A stretch of 64,000 nt of DNA, taken from assembly GCA_963707955.1 (NCBI GenBank), contig OY970176.1, forward strand, positions 32,001 through 96,000. The letters are read 5' to 3'. How positions within the stretch are numbered: position 1 is the stretch's first letter; the number at the start of each line of letters is the position of its first letter. The notes beneath the pieces were generated by a model. The model was not told where the DNA came from, ran no database searches, and worked only from the letters and a program-made list of their open reading frames with translations. This stretch comes from Candidatus Bathyarchaeota archaeon (GTDB lineage: Archaea > Thermoproteota > Bathyarchaeia > Bathyarchaeales > Bathycorpusculaceae). Of this stretch, positions 30,653 through 40,261 are shown piece after piece. The position numbers and the translations under genes were made by a program.

Positions 30653-32108
30653 CATGCCAGTCGTCAAAGCGGTGACCTGTCCGATCTGCGGATGTCTCTG
30701 CGACGACATAGAGTTAACGATCAAAGATGAAGCGATAGTTAAGGTGAAAAACGGCTGCTCTATGTGCGAGTCGAAATTTTCCAGTTACACAGGGCACAGA
30801 CAGTTGAAACCTCTGATCAAAAAGAACGGACAGCTGGTTCAAATCTCTCCCAAAGAAGCTGTAACAGCTGCAGCTGAAATATTGGCAGAAGCAAGTTATC
30901 CGCTGCTCTACGGTTGGAGCTCCACATGCTGCGAGGCCATCCGCGTAGGTCTTGAGTTGGCCGAAGAAGTAGGCGGAGTAATCGACAACACTTCAACAAT
31001 CTGCCACGGCCCGTCTGCCTTAAGCATTCAAGATGTTGGACTACCGTCGTGCACGCTTGGGCAGATAAGGCACCGGGCTGATCTGGTAATATACTGGGGA
31101 AGCAACCCTTGGAGTGCTCATCCGAGACACATTGAAAGGTACACGTCCTTTTCAGAGGGAAGGTTTGAGAAGAGCGAATGGGAAGCGTACCTGAAGAAAA
31201 CGAAGGCTTCGACAGCCAAGAAGAAGGTTGAAAGTGCTCTCCGAAGAGTCAAAGCAGAAGAAACAAAACCTTTTCAGTCACTTCCCGTGGGTGCACCATG
31301 CCCAGCTATCTTGAAAGGAGGAAGAAAACTCTTAGTTGTGGATGTCAGGAGGACAAGAACCGCTGAGAATGCTGACTACTTTATCCAAGTTGAACCGAAC
31401 AAGGACTACGAGGTTTTCGAAGCTCTCAGAGCCTTGATTCGAGACGAGGAGCTTGAGGTTGACGAGGTTGCAGGAGTGCCTGTGGAATACTTGGAAGAAG
31501 TGGCAGATGCGATGATCGGATGCAATTTCGGCGTGATTTTCTTTGGTCTCGGGCTTACTATGAGCAAGGGAAAACTGCGAAACGTGGACGCAGCTCTTTC
31601 TCTGACCAGAGACTTGAACATGCGCACCAAATTTATGATACTGCCGATGCGAGGACATTTCAACGTTACGGGCGCGGACACGGTCTTCACTTGGCAGACC
31701 GGTTACCCGTACGCGGTTGATTTTTCCTTGGGCTACCCGAGGTACAACCCGGGAGAAACATCAGCCGTAGACGTTCTTTTGCGAAAAGAAACAGACGCAG
31801 CGCTGGTGGTGGCTTCAGACCCCGTTTCAAACTTTCCCAGAACTGCTGCGGAACATTTGGTTAAGAATCCGTTGATCGTTATAGACCCGCACATGAATGT
31901 AACAGCCCAGATGGGCGACGTGGTTTTTCCCTCCGCTTTCGTTGGAATAGAGACAAGTGGAACAGCATACCGCATGGATCACGTGCCTCTTTCACTCAAA
32001 AAAATCGTTGACCCTCCAAAGGGAGTTCTTTCCGACGAAGTGATTTTGAAGAGGATCCTCTCCAAGGTTAGACAGATAAAAAAGAAAAAGCAAGAGGAGG
32101 CAGAGTAG
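30645..32108 (+). CDS. fwdB: Formylmethanofuran dehydrogenase subunit B
   Basis: CPICGCLCDD, ICHGPS (Cys ligand), HPRH and MRGHFNV motifs. Confidence 0.93.
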   Translation: MSDMPVVKAVTCPICGCLCDDIELTIKDEAIVKVKNGCSMCESKFSSYTGHRQLKPLIKKNGQLVQISPKEAVTAAAEILAEASYPLLYGWSSTCCEAIRVGLELAEEVGGVIDNTSTICHGPSALSIQDVGLPSCTLGQIRHRADLVIYWGSNPWSAHPRHIERYTSFSEGRFEKSEWEAYLKKTKASTAKKKVESALRRVKAEETKPFQSLPVGAPCPAILKGGRKLLVVDVRRTRTAENADYFIQVEPNKDYEVFEALRALIRDEELEVDEVAGVPVEYLEEVADAMIGCNFGVIFFGLGLTMSKGKLRNVDAALSLTRDLNMRTKFMILPMRGHFNVTGADTVFTWQTGYPYAVDFSLGYPRYNPGETSAVDVLLRKETDAALVVASDPVSNFPRTAAEHLVKNPLIVIDPHMNVTAQMGDVVFPSAFVGIETSGTAYRMDHVPLSLKKIVDPPKGVLSDEVILKRILSKVRQIKKKKQEEAE

Positions 32109-33800
32109 ATGGAGCTTCTGGTGAAAAACGGCTTTGTCTACGACCCAATTAACGGCATAAACGGCGAAAAGATGGACATTGCAGTCAGGGATGGAAAAAT
32201 AGTTGAAAACGTGAATGAACGCAAGGCAAGGAAGCTCAACGCTTCCCGAATGATAGTCATGCCTGGCGGCGTTGACATCCACTGCCACATTGCCGGGTCA
32301 GAGGTCAACACTGGGAGGCTCCTAAGGCCAGAAGACCACTTCAAAGATTTTGAAGTGAAAACATCAATAACAAGGTCCGGAGTCGGCCGCTCGATTCCGT
32401 CCACTTTCACGACTGGCTACCGGTACTCCAGGATGGGTTACACGACGATAATGAACCCTTCCATGCCTCCGTTGGAAGCGAAGCACACGCATGAAGAGTT
32501 AAACGACACGCCTATGGTCGACAAGAGCTCTTACCCGCTCCTCGGCGACTGGTGGTTCGTGCTCGAGTACCTCGCGCAAGGAAACATCGAAGAGTGCGCA
32601 AGGCACGTAGCGTGGCTGATGGACGCGACCAAGGGATACGCGATAAAAATAGTCAACCCAGGCGGGTTGGAGGCTTGGGGATTCGGCCACAACATCAAAA
32701 GCCTCGACGACCAGGTTCCGCATTTCTGCACCACTCCACGCGAGATCATCCGGGGCCTCTGTAAGGTGAACAAGCTTCTCGCATTGCCCCACACAATTCA
32801 CGTCCACACGAACAACCTTGGAAAACCAGCAAACTATCTCACGGCGTTAGAAACTATGAAGTGTGTTGAAGACTTGGCCCTTGAAAACAAGCCTGTAATC
32901 CACATAACACACTGCCAGTTCAGCGCCTTCAAGGGCGACGACTGGGCAACACTCGAATCCGGCGCGGAGGACATCGCAAAATATGTCAACGGGCACCATC
33001 ACGTCACTATGGACATGGGCCAAGTCATATTCACGGACACCACGACTATGACGGCCGACGGGCCATTCCAGTACGACCTCTACGGGCTCACAGGCAACAA
33101 ATGGGTAAACCATGATGTTGAAACGGAAACAAGCGCGGGCATCGTTCCCTTCCGTTACCGCCGTAAAAGCTACGTTCACGCAACACAATGGTCAATAGGC
33201 CTCGAGCTGGCCTTACTGATCAAGGATCCTTGGAAAATATTCATGACTACGGACCATCCGAACGGCGGACCGTTCACAGCGTATCCGAAGATCATCGCTT
33301 GGCTCATGAGTGGAAAAGCAAGGGAGGCAACGATGAAAAGGATCAACAGGCGGGCGAGGAGCAGAAGTCTCCTTCTCTCCATAGACCGTGAGCTAACCTT
33401 CTACGAGATCGCAGTCATGACGAGGGCCGGACAAGCTAGGGCGTTGGGCCTCAAGAATAAGGGGCATTTGGGCGTGGGAGCAGACGCTGACCTGGCAATC
33501 TATGCTGTGAACCCTGAAACAGCCGATCCGTCAAGAAAGTACAAGAGCGTGAGAAAAGCGTTCAAGAGAGCAGCATACACGATCAAAGATGGAAAAATAG
33601 TTGTTAAAAATGGAGAGATAGTGAGACACGCTGACGGCGCTACGATGTGGCTTGATGTTCACGTGTCTGAACCCGTCAGGTTGACCGATGACATGAAGAA
33701 AAGGTTCAGGGAATACTGGACGGTTGAGTATGAGAATTATCCTGTCGGTGAAGGGTGCCTTAAGGTTTCAAGGCCGATCGCTGTGAAGGCATGTGTTTAG
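32109..33800 (+). CDS. fwdA: Formylmethanofuran dehydrogenase subunit A
   Basis: DIHCHIAG, KIVNPGG and TTDHPNGGPF motifs. Confidence 0.95.
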   Translation: MELLVKNGFVYDPINGINGEKMDIAVRDGKIVENVNERKARKLNASRMIVMPGGVDIHCHIAGSEVNTGRLLRPEDHFKDFEVKTSITRSGVGRSIPSTFTTGYRYSRMGYTTIMNPSMPPLEAKHTHEELNDTPMVDKSSYPLLGDWWFVLEYLAQGNIEECARHVAWLMDATKGYAIKIVNPGGLEAWGFGHNIKSLDDQVPHFCTTPREIIRGLCKVNKLLALPHTIHVHTNNLGKPANYLTALETMKCVEDLALENKPVIHITHCQFSAFKGDDWATLESGAEDIAKYVNGHHHVTMDMGQVIFTDTTTMTADGPFQYDLYGLTGNKWVNHDVETETSAGIVPFRYRRKSYVHATQWSIGLELALLIKDPWKIFMTTDHPNGGPFTAYPKIIAWLMSGKAREATMKRINRRARSRSLLLSIDRELTFYEIAVMTRAGQARALGLKNKGHLGVGADADLAIYAVNPETADPSRKYKSVRKAFKRAAYTIKDGKIVVKNGEIVRHADGATMWLDVHVSEPVRLTDDMKKRFREYWTVEYENYPVGEGCLKVSRPIAVKACV

Positions 33801-34625
33801 ATGATAAGGCTTCGACCAGCGAGAGAATTCAGGTTTCCAATAATTGCCGAGTGTATAAACCCGGATGTTTTTGAAGGCAAGAGCGCTGGCGAAATTGAAG
33901 AGTTGAAGGTCTGGGAAGGGAACAGACAGAAGAAACTGTGTGAACTTTTCAGGATTGACGAGGTCAGGGACGAAAGTACGCCGGAAAGTGTTGCCATAGC
34001 GATCCATGGGGACGTTGGCAAAGTTCGAAGGATTGGGTCATGCATGAAAAGCGGAGAAATCGTGATTAACGGGGATGCTGGCATGCACTTGGGTGAAGAA
34101 ATGAAGGGAGGCAAGATAACTGTTCATGGAAACGTCGGGGCTTGGCTTGGCTCAATGATGACTGGTGGCACTATCGAGGTTCATGGAAACGCGAGCGACT
34201 ATGTCGGCGCACCTTACCGTGGAAGCACCAAGGGCATGCATGGTGGTAAGATGACCATTTATGGAAACGTGGGAAACGAAGTTGGAGCGTGGATGAAAAA
34301 AGGCACGATCAAAGTGTACGGAAGTGCAGGCCAATTCATCGGCTTTCGCATGCGTGATGGTACGATCTACGTTCAAAACGACTGCGAAGCAAGGGCCGGC
34401 GCATGCATGACGGATGGGAAGATCGTTGCAGGCGGCTGCCTACGGTCCGTTTTGCCCAGCTTCACGATAGACAGTGTTAAGCAAAGAGTCAAGATAGAAG
34501 AGAACGAAACGGTTGAAGGGCCCTTCTATCTTTTTTTGGGAGACCTTGCCGAAGGTGGAAAAGGCAAACTGTACGTCTTTAAGAACCGGAACCCACATCT
34601 GACCTGTTATGAGAAGTTACTTTGA
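33801..34625 (+). CDS. fwdC: Formylmethanofuran dehydrogenase subunit C
   Basis: GxxMxxG beta-helix repeats; YRGSTKGM. Confidence 0.93.
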   Translation: MIRLRPAREFRFPIIAECINPDVFEGKSAGEIEELKVWEGNRQKKLCELFRIDEVRDESTPESVAIAIHGDVGKVRRIGSCMKSGEIVINGDAGMHLGEEMKGGKITVHGNVGAWLGSMMTGGTIEVHGNASDYVGAPYRGSTKGMHGGKMTIYGNVGNEVGAWMKKGTIKVYGSAGQFIGFRMRDGTIYVQNDCEARAGACMTDGKIVAGGCLRSVLPSFTIDSVKQRVKIEENETVEGPFYLFLGDLAEGGKGKLYVFKNRNPHLTCYEKLL

Positions 34626-34638
34626 GGAGAAGTATCCT

Positions 34639-35607
34639 TTGAAAAACGCTTTAAGTGTAAACCGCTTGGCTTGGAGGCTTCTGGAAGAACTGGTCAAGAG
34701 TCCAGACTTCTACGGCGTCAAAGTGGAAAGGACGAGTAAGGGGACGATGATTGTAGATGCGGGCGTGCAGGCAAGAGGCGGCTTTGAAGCTGGCAGACTC
34801 ATCACGGAGATCTGCATGGGTGGCCTTGGAAAAGCCCAAGTATGCTCCAGAAAATACGGCGACTTGGAACTGCAGTCAATATTCGTTTACACTGACCACC
34901 CGGCAATTGCGACCCTAGGCTCGCAGTACGCTGGTTGGCAGATTAGCGAGGAGGGATACTTCGGAATAGGCTCTGGACCAGCAAGAGCATTGGCTTTGAA
35001 ACCGAAAGAAGTCTATGAGGAGATCCAGTACAAAGACGAGTGCGACAAGGCCGTTGTCATCTTGGAAACCCAGAAATTTCCACCGCCGAAATGGATAGAC
35101 CGTTTTGCAAGAGACTGCAGAGTATCGCCAGAGAACGTGGCAGTAATTCTTACCCCAACAACCAGCCTGGCCGGAGCGACTCAAGTTTCAGGAAGAATCG
35201 TTGAAACGGGAATACACAAACTGAGAAGGCTAGGGCTGGACCCCAACACGATTCTCTACGCCTGGGGATACGCACCTATCCCGCCAGTGCATCCCAAGTT
35301 CGCTGAGGCGATGGCAAGGACGAATGATGCAATCCTCTACGGCGGCACGTCCTGTTATGTTCTTGAGTGTGATGATGAAGAAAAACTCAGCGAGATAGTG
35401 AAGAAGGCTCCGTCGAAGGCGTCCAAGGCTTACGGGAAGCCTTTCAAAGAAACATTCAAAGAAGCCAAGTATGACTTCTACAAGATAGATCAGAACCTTT
35501 TTGCCCCAGCGATCATGATAGTCAACAATCGGAAGACAGGTCGCACATTCAAAGCTGGAGAAATAAACAAAGAGGTTCTGGAAACCTCATTGGGCATTAA
35601 GGCATAA
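34639..35607 (+). CDS. mch: Methenyltetrahydromethanopterin cyclohydrolase
   Basis: LGSQYAGW, GSGPARAL, TNDAILYGG and LFAPA motifs. Confidence 0.95.
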   Translation: MKNALSVNRLAWRLLEELVKSPDFYGVKVERTSKGTMIVDAGVQARGGFEAGRLITEICMGGLGKAQVCSRKYGDLELQSIFVYTDHPAIATLGSQYAGWQISEEGYFGIGSGPARALALKPKEVYEEIQYKDECDKAVVILETQKFPPPKWIDRFARDCRVSPENVAVILTPTTSLAGATQVSGRIVETGIHKLRRLGLDPNTILYAWGYAPIPPVHPKFAEAMARTNDAILYGGTSCYVLECDDEEKLSEIVKKAPSKASKAYGKPFKETFKEAKYDFYKIDQNLFAPAIMIVNNRKTGRTFKAGEINKEVLETSLGIKA

Positions 35608-35619
35608 AGCCGATTTTGC

Positions 35620-36204
35620 TCACTTCAGCGTCTTCAGGTTGGACTCCACAATTTTCGCTAATGAATAGCCTATGGGAATTGTGTACAGTGCCAACGTGAT
35701 GTTGAAAATTATCACAAAAGGAAGAGCGGCAATTACCGCTTCTTGGGCATAACCATAGCCAACAGGCGGTGGAAAGCGAAGGAACGTGTAATTGACTAAG
35801 GCCATTAATACTGCTCTCGTGGCAACGCCCGAGGCTGTATACAGAGTCCCAACAGTGGCCTCGTGAGTCGCAGGATGTTTTCTGAGAAGAGTTTTCGTGA
35901 GACCTATTCCCAGAAGGGTGCTCAGTACCGCCGCTAAATTGTATAGTGGGCCTGTAGGAAGCGCTCCAGGATAGTAGGCAAACAACGCCAAAGTGTTCAC
36001 CATTGTTATCAGAACTCCTACTGTTGTTCCGAAAAGAAGGAATGCTGTCACTATCGGTATTTCCCATATCTGATATACTAGGTACGGCGCGTATGGTGCG
36101 GGTATTTTTATAGGAGACAAATTGAGCGCAATTGCAAGAGCGGCAAAGACTATTATTGCAGCCACAGTTTTAGTTTTCACGGCAAGCCCTCTGCTTTCAG
36201 TCAC
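35620..36204 (-). CDS. ECF transporter S-component (RibU/PanT-like)
   Basis: IPAPYAPYLVYQIWEIP..LLFG motif; 6 TM. Confidence 0.75.
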   Translation of the reverse strand: MTESRGLAVKTKTVAAIIVFAALAIALNLSPIKIPAPYAPYLVYQIWEIPIVTAFLLFGTTVGVLITMVNTLALFAYYPGALPTGPLYNLAAVLSTLLGIGLTKTLLRKHPATHEATVGTLYTASGVATRAVLMALVNYTFLRFPPPVGYGYAQEAVIAALPFVIIFNITLALYTIPIGYSLAKIVESNLKTLK

Positions 36205-36324
36205 AGCCTGTGAAAGTGAAGCCTTGTGAGTTCCTATTTAAGAGTAGCTACTCATAAAAGGGTAGAGGCAACTGAGCTTGAAGCATAAATATTCCTAATG
36301 CATATCTCCTAATGGGAAAAACTA

Positions 36325-37572
36325 TTGTCTGAAGCGCTGAAATTCTCCTCAACAGAAGTTAAGGCATGGCTTGAACGCGAAACAGGGTCAATTTTCACTC
36401 CAGTCCATGCAAGGGCGCAAAAGCTGCTGAATGACGTGGGCAGAACGCTTGATAACCTTTCAGAAACTTCGAAGACTCTTTTGGACAATAGCGCAAGAGA
36501 GATCGAGAGAAGAAACATGAAGACTTACCGAAGGGCAAGAGCGATGAACAAGCTGGCCCGGCTGTTCGTCGACAGAAACCGCCAAATGAAAGTTCCTGAA
36601 AAGGTGACGTATGAGAATGCCAGCGACTTTGTCCGGGAAACTCAAAAGGGGTTTGTAGCAACAGAAATTGACATTAGAAACTGGTTTCCACGGATCTCGC
36701 CTTTTTTCATTCTTGACAGAAGAAAATTCTTAAGTGTTTTCGAGAAAGCAAAAGCCTTGTTAAAAGAGCTCGACGGTTTCGTCACCAAAGAGTACGTGAA
36801 AACCAAGACTTTGGAGGACACGTTCCAGCTGATCGAAGAGCTGTCGAGTCTTGAGGGCCAACTGAGAGTTCTGGGTGAACGAAAAGCGAAGGTTGAAAGC
36901 GCGAAAGCTTCGCTGGAGAGGGAAATAGCTGAAGCAAAACAAAGAATAGCTGACTTGAAAACGATGGGCAGCGTGGGCCAGCTGAGTCAGACGGGAACCG
37001 AGATAGAAGCCTTAAGCCTGGAAATAAAGCACAGCCTGCAACATCTTCAGAAACCTTTCATCAAGCTTCAATCCCTGGCAAGTCACGGTTCAGGAAGCGG
37101 TCTGACGCCTGAAGAATTCAATAAACTTGCCCAATACCTCGAAAACCCGTTTGAAGCTCTTTCAACAGAAGACGAAGGACACCCACTGTTGAAGCAGGTA
37201 CTTGAGAAGCTGCAAAGGTCGATTTCTGAGGACAAGCTGAAGCTAAAACCCGAAAAAGCCCGCAAAGCTGAACAAGACATAAACAACATCCTCAGGAGCA
37301 ACTCACTAGCAAGTCTGCATCAACGATGCAGGGACGCAATGAGCCGAAGAACACAACTGTCAACATCAGAAGAAGTCGCTACCACGCAGAAAGACCTCAC
37401 AAAACTTCACGAACACGTTGCAAACCTAACGAGAAGCAAAGGAGTTCTTGAGGGAGAAGAACACTCGATTAACAGAACATACGTCGAAACTGCTGACAAA
37501 ATCAAAAGTCACAAGAGCGAAATAGAGAAGAACATTTCCAGCTTCACGAGCAAGAAAGTAACGATTACATAG
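36325..37572 (+). CDS. Long coiled-coil protein
   Basis: 415 aa with heptad-rich, charged helices. Confidence 0.7.
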   Translation: MSEALKFSSTEVKAWLERETGSIFTPVHARAQKLLNDVGRTLDNLSETSKTLLDNSAREIERRNMKTYRRARAMNKLARLFVDRNRQMKVPEKVTYENASDFVRETQKGFVATEIDIRNWFPRISPFFILDRRKFLSVFEKAKALLKELDGFVTKEYVKTKTLEDTFQLIEELSSLEGQLRVLGERKAKVESAKASLEREIAEAKQRIADLKTMGSVGQLSQTGTEIEALSLEIKHSLQHLQKPFIKLQSLASHGSGSGLTPEEFNKLAQYLENPFEALSTEDEGHPLLKQVLEKLQRSISEDKLKLKPEKARKAEQDINNILRSNSLASLHQRCRDAMSRRTQLSTSEEVATTQKDLTKLHEHVANLTRSKGVLEGEEHSINRTYVETADKIKSHKSEIEKNISSFTSKKVTIT

Positions 37573-37579
37573 TTTCGAA

Positions 37580-38518
37580 GTGAGCTTTTTGCAGACAGGC
37601 CTTGCGCGGACTGTGAAGGAAGCGATGGAAATCCCCGTTGATGGTTTCACCAAACTGGTCGCGGAGGCAAGGCGGTTTCTTGAAAAGGAAAACGGCAGAG
37701 TCGGCAACCTTCAAATCCTCGGAGGACTCGTCAAGATGAAGCCTTCAGGCGAAGCACTCGTGGTGGGTGATTTGCACGGCGACATTGAGAGTCTAATTCA
37801 GATACTGCAGCAAAGTGAGATTCTGCAAAGAATGGAAAAGTCTCAACTTGTCTTCCTGATCTTTCTTGGAGATTACGGTGATCGCGGCGAGTTCTCTGCA
37901 GAAGTCTACTACACGGTTCTAAGCCTGAAACTTCAACATCCAACACAGGTGGTTTTGATGCGGGGAAACCATGAGGGACCAAGAGACCTTCTAGCGTCTC
38001 CTCACGACTTGCCCGTGCAGTTTCAAAACAGGTTTGGAAAAGAATGGGCCGAAGCCTACCGCGGTATTCTCGAACTGTTTCCGCTTCTCTGCAATTCAGT
38101 GTTGGTTGAAGAACGTTACTTGATTGTTCACGCAGGCTTACCTCAGCAGGCGCGCACGATCGAGGATTTCGCGTATGCTCATACGAAGCATCCGAAGGTG
38201 ACGTTCCTTGAAGACATGCTTTGGAGCGATCCACAGGAAGCTCTTGAAGGAACATATCCTTCCACTAGAGGTGCGGGGCACATGTTCGGTAAAGACGTAA
38301 CAACCGCCGTTCTGAAAGCACTGAAAGTGAAAATACTGATACGTGGACACGAACCATGCAGCGAGGGCTTCAAAATCGACCACGACGGCAAGATCTTGAC
38401 GCTTTTTTCAAGAAAAGGTCCTCCCTACTTCAACAAGTATGGCGCCTATTTGGACGTGAACCTATCTGAGAAGTTTGGAAAGGCAACACAACTGGTTCCG
38501 TACGTTCACAAATTCTGA
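37580..38518 (+). CDS. PPP-family Ser/Thr protein phosphatase
   Basis: GDLHG, GDYGDRG, RGNHE, WSDP, IRGHE and TLFS motifs. Confidence 0.9.
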   Translation: MSFLQTGLARTVKEAMEIPVDGFTKLVAEARRFLEKENGRVGNLQILGGLVKMKPSGEALVVGDLHGDIESLIQILQQSEILQRMEKSQLVFLIFLGDYGDRGEFSAEVYYTVLSLKLQHPTQVVLMRGNHEGPRDLLASPHDLPVQFQNRFGKEWAEAYRGILELFPLLCNSVLVEERYLIVHAGLPQQARTIEDFAYAHTKHPKVTFLEDMLWSDPQEALEGTYPSTRGAGHMFGKDVTTAVLKALKVKILIRGHEPCSEGFKIDHDGKILTLFSRKGPPYFNKYGAYLDVNLSEKFGKATQLVPYVHKF

Positions 38519-38597
38519 GCGTGCCGTAGCACAGAAACTTTAAGAAACACAGCCTACAGCATTTTTCACAGGTTGAAACCACTGGAGAGTTCCCTTT

Positions 38598-39476
38598 TTG
38601 AAATTTGGAATTGTAACGCGGAACAGAAACTCTTACAGTTCATTCCAAGTGCGCGAAGCCCTGGAAAAGCGTGCAATTCCGTATGTGTGCTTCAGCTTTC
38701 CCAGGTTGATTGCGAATGTAGGACATGCTCCGCTGGCAAGGGTCGATAACGTTGACGTGCAGAAGGAATTGGACGGGCTGATAGTTCGACCAATCGGGCG
38801 AGGCTCCCTTGAGGAGTTGGTTTTCAGGATGGATGTCCTCTACAGGCTTCAGCGTGTAGGCTTGTACATCATAAACCCGCCGGAGGCGATTGAACACTGT
38901 GCTGACAAATACGACATTTTGGCCATCTTGGAAGAAAACGGCGTACCGGTACCCCGCACAGCTGTAACCGAAAGCATTGGGGAGGCTGTGAGAGCTTTCA
39001 AGGCGTTGGGAGGCGACGTTATCGTGAAACCGATATTCGGCTCCAGAGGCATAGGGGCCACAAGGGTAAACGATTCGGAAGTGGCTGCAACGGTCTTCAG
39101 GGCTGTAACGTTCTATCACGGCGTCATTTATCTACAGCAGTTTGTTGACCACGGCTTTTCTGATATTCGCGCTTTCGTAGTTGGCAACCGAGTGGTCGCA
39201 GCAATGAAGCGTGTTGCACGCAGCTGGAAGACGAACTACAGTCAAGGCGCTAGGCCTATGAGAATAGAGCTTGAAAAAGTCCATGAAGACCTCGCCGTCA
39301 AGTCGGCCAAATCCATCGCTTGTAAGATAGCTGGAGTGGACATTCTTGAAAGCCCTTCAGGGCCTGTTGTGGTCGAAGTCAACAGTCAGCCAGGATGGCG
39401 TGGACTGCAGTCAGTTGCAGCCGTCAACATTGCGGATGAAATTGTGGACTTTGTACTATCAGAATTGAAGAAGTGA
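38598..39476 (+). CDS. RimK-family ATP-grasp glutamate ligase (MptN/CofF-like)
   Basis: KPIFGSRGIG, DIRAFV, WKTNYSQG and EVNSQPG motifs. Confidence 0.88.
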   Translation: MKFGIVTRNRNSYSSFQVREALEKRAIPYVCFSFPRLIANVGHAPLARVDNVDVQKELDGLIVRPIGRGSLEELVFRMDVLYRLQRVGLYIINPPEAIEHCADKYDILAILEENGVPVPRTAVTESIGEAVRAFKALGGDVIVKPIFGSRGIGATRVNDSEVAATVFRAVTFYHGVIYLQQFVDHGFSDIRAFVVGNRVVAAMKRVARSWKTNYSQGARPMRIELEKVHEDLAVKSAKSIACKIAGVDILESPSGPVVVEVNSQPGWRGLQSVAAVNIADEIVDFVLSELKK

Positions 39477-40261
39477 GAACCGTGCGAGAAGTTGAAATTC
39501 TGAGAATCGACGTTTCCAGCGGACTAGCAAATCAGATGAAAGACTGCGTCGCGCAGGAAAAACCACTACACCTTTTCCTAAACCGAACATTGTACGCCAC
39601 CATTTTCTGCACTCCTTCAAAACTGAAGGAATTGGCAGTTGGGCACTTAGTCTCTGAGGGAATCGTAAAATCAATTGAGGAGATCGAAGAAGTAAACCTG
39701 AAAAAGGATGTTTGCAGGGTTAAGCTGACACCAAGCGTTGACCTGAACAAAAGGCTAAGCTTGTCGAAACATTTTCAACGAGTAATTCTTTCAGCCTGCG
39801 GAAGCAAGGGAACCTATACACCTACGCAGAGGTTGCCCAGAATCAAGTCAAACTTAACGATCAAAGCCGAGGCGGTGCTCGATTGCGTCAACTCTCTGAA
39901 CCGCGCCGCAGAAATCTATAGAAAAACCGGCGGAGTACACGCCGCTGCGATTTTCAGCAGTGATGGAACTCTTATGGCCTCAGCTGAGGACGTTGGTCGC
40001 CACAACGCGGTCGACAAAGTCATAGGCACCACGATGATGCGCAAGACTAATCTTGGAAAATGCATTCTCACCTTGACTGGAAGAATGACAGGCGACATAG
40101 TGATGAAAGCAGCAAGATTAAGAATGCCAGTCGTAGCTTCCATGGCAGCGGCCATTGATTCTGGAATAGCAGTTGCGAAGAAAGCCGATTTGACTCTGGT
40201 TGGGTTCGTCCGGGGGAAGCGGATGAACATTTACAACTATCCAGAGAGAATTCTTGCGTAA
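39473..40261 (+). CDS. fdhD: Formate dehydrogenase accessory sulfurtransferase
   Basis: SACG, TGGVHAA, EDVGRHNAVDK and GFVRG motifs. Confidence 0.92.
   Translation: MRTVREVEILRIDVSSGLANQMKDCVAQEKPLHLFLNRTLYATIFCTPSKLKELAVGHLVSEGIVKSIEEIEEVNLKKDVCRVKLTPSVDLNKRLSLSKHFQRVILSACGSKGTYTPTQRLPRIKSNLTIKAEAVLDCVNSLNRAAEIYRKTGGVHAAAIFSSDGTLMASAEDVGRHNAVDKVIGTTMMRKTNLGKCILTLTGRMTGDIVMKAARLRMPVVASMAAAIDSGIAVAKKADLTLVGFVRGKRMNIYNYPERILA

Noticed and set aside
30645-32108. Selenocysteine in FwdB
   Set aside because: The ligand position is TGC (Cys) and there is no in-frame TGA.
32106-33803. In-frame TAG-ATG junctions at fwdB/fwdA and fwdA/fwdC suggesting amber recoding or a polyprotein
   Set aside because: Each downstream gene has its own ATG, and TAG ends many genes here at their expected lengths; ordinary translational coupling explains it.
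36205-36324. Riboswitch upstream of the second ECF S-component
   Set aside because: The spacer is short and has no recognisable FMN, cobalamin or TPP consensus.
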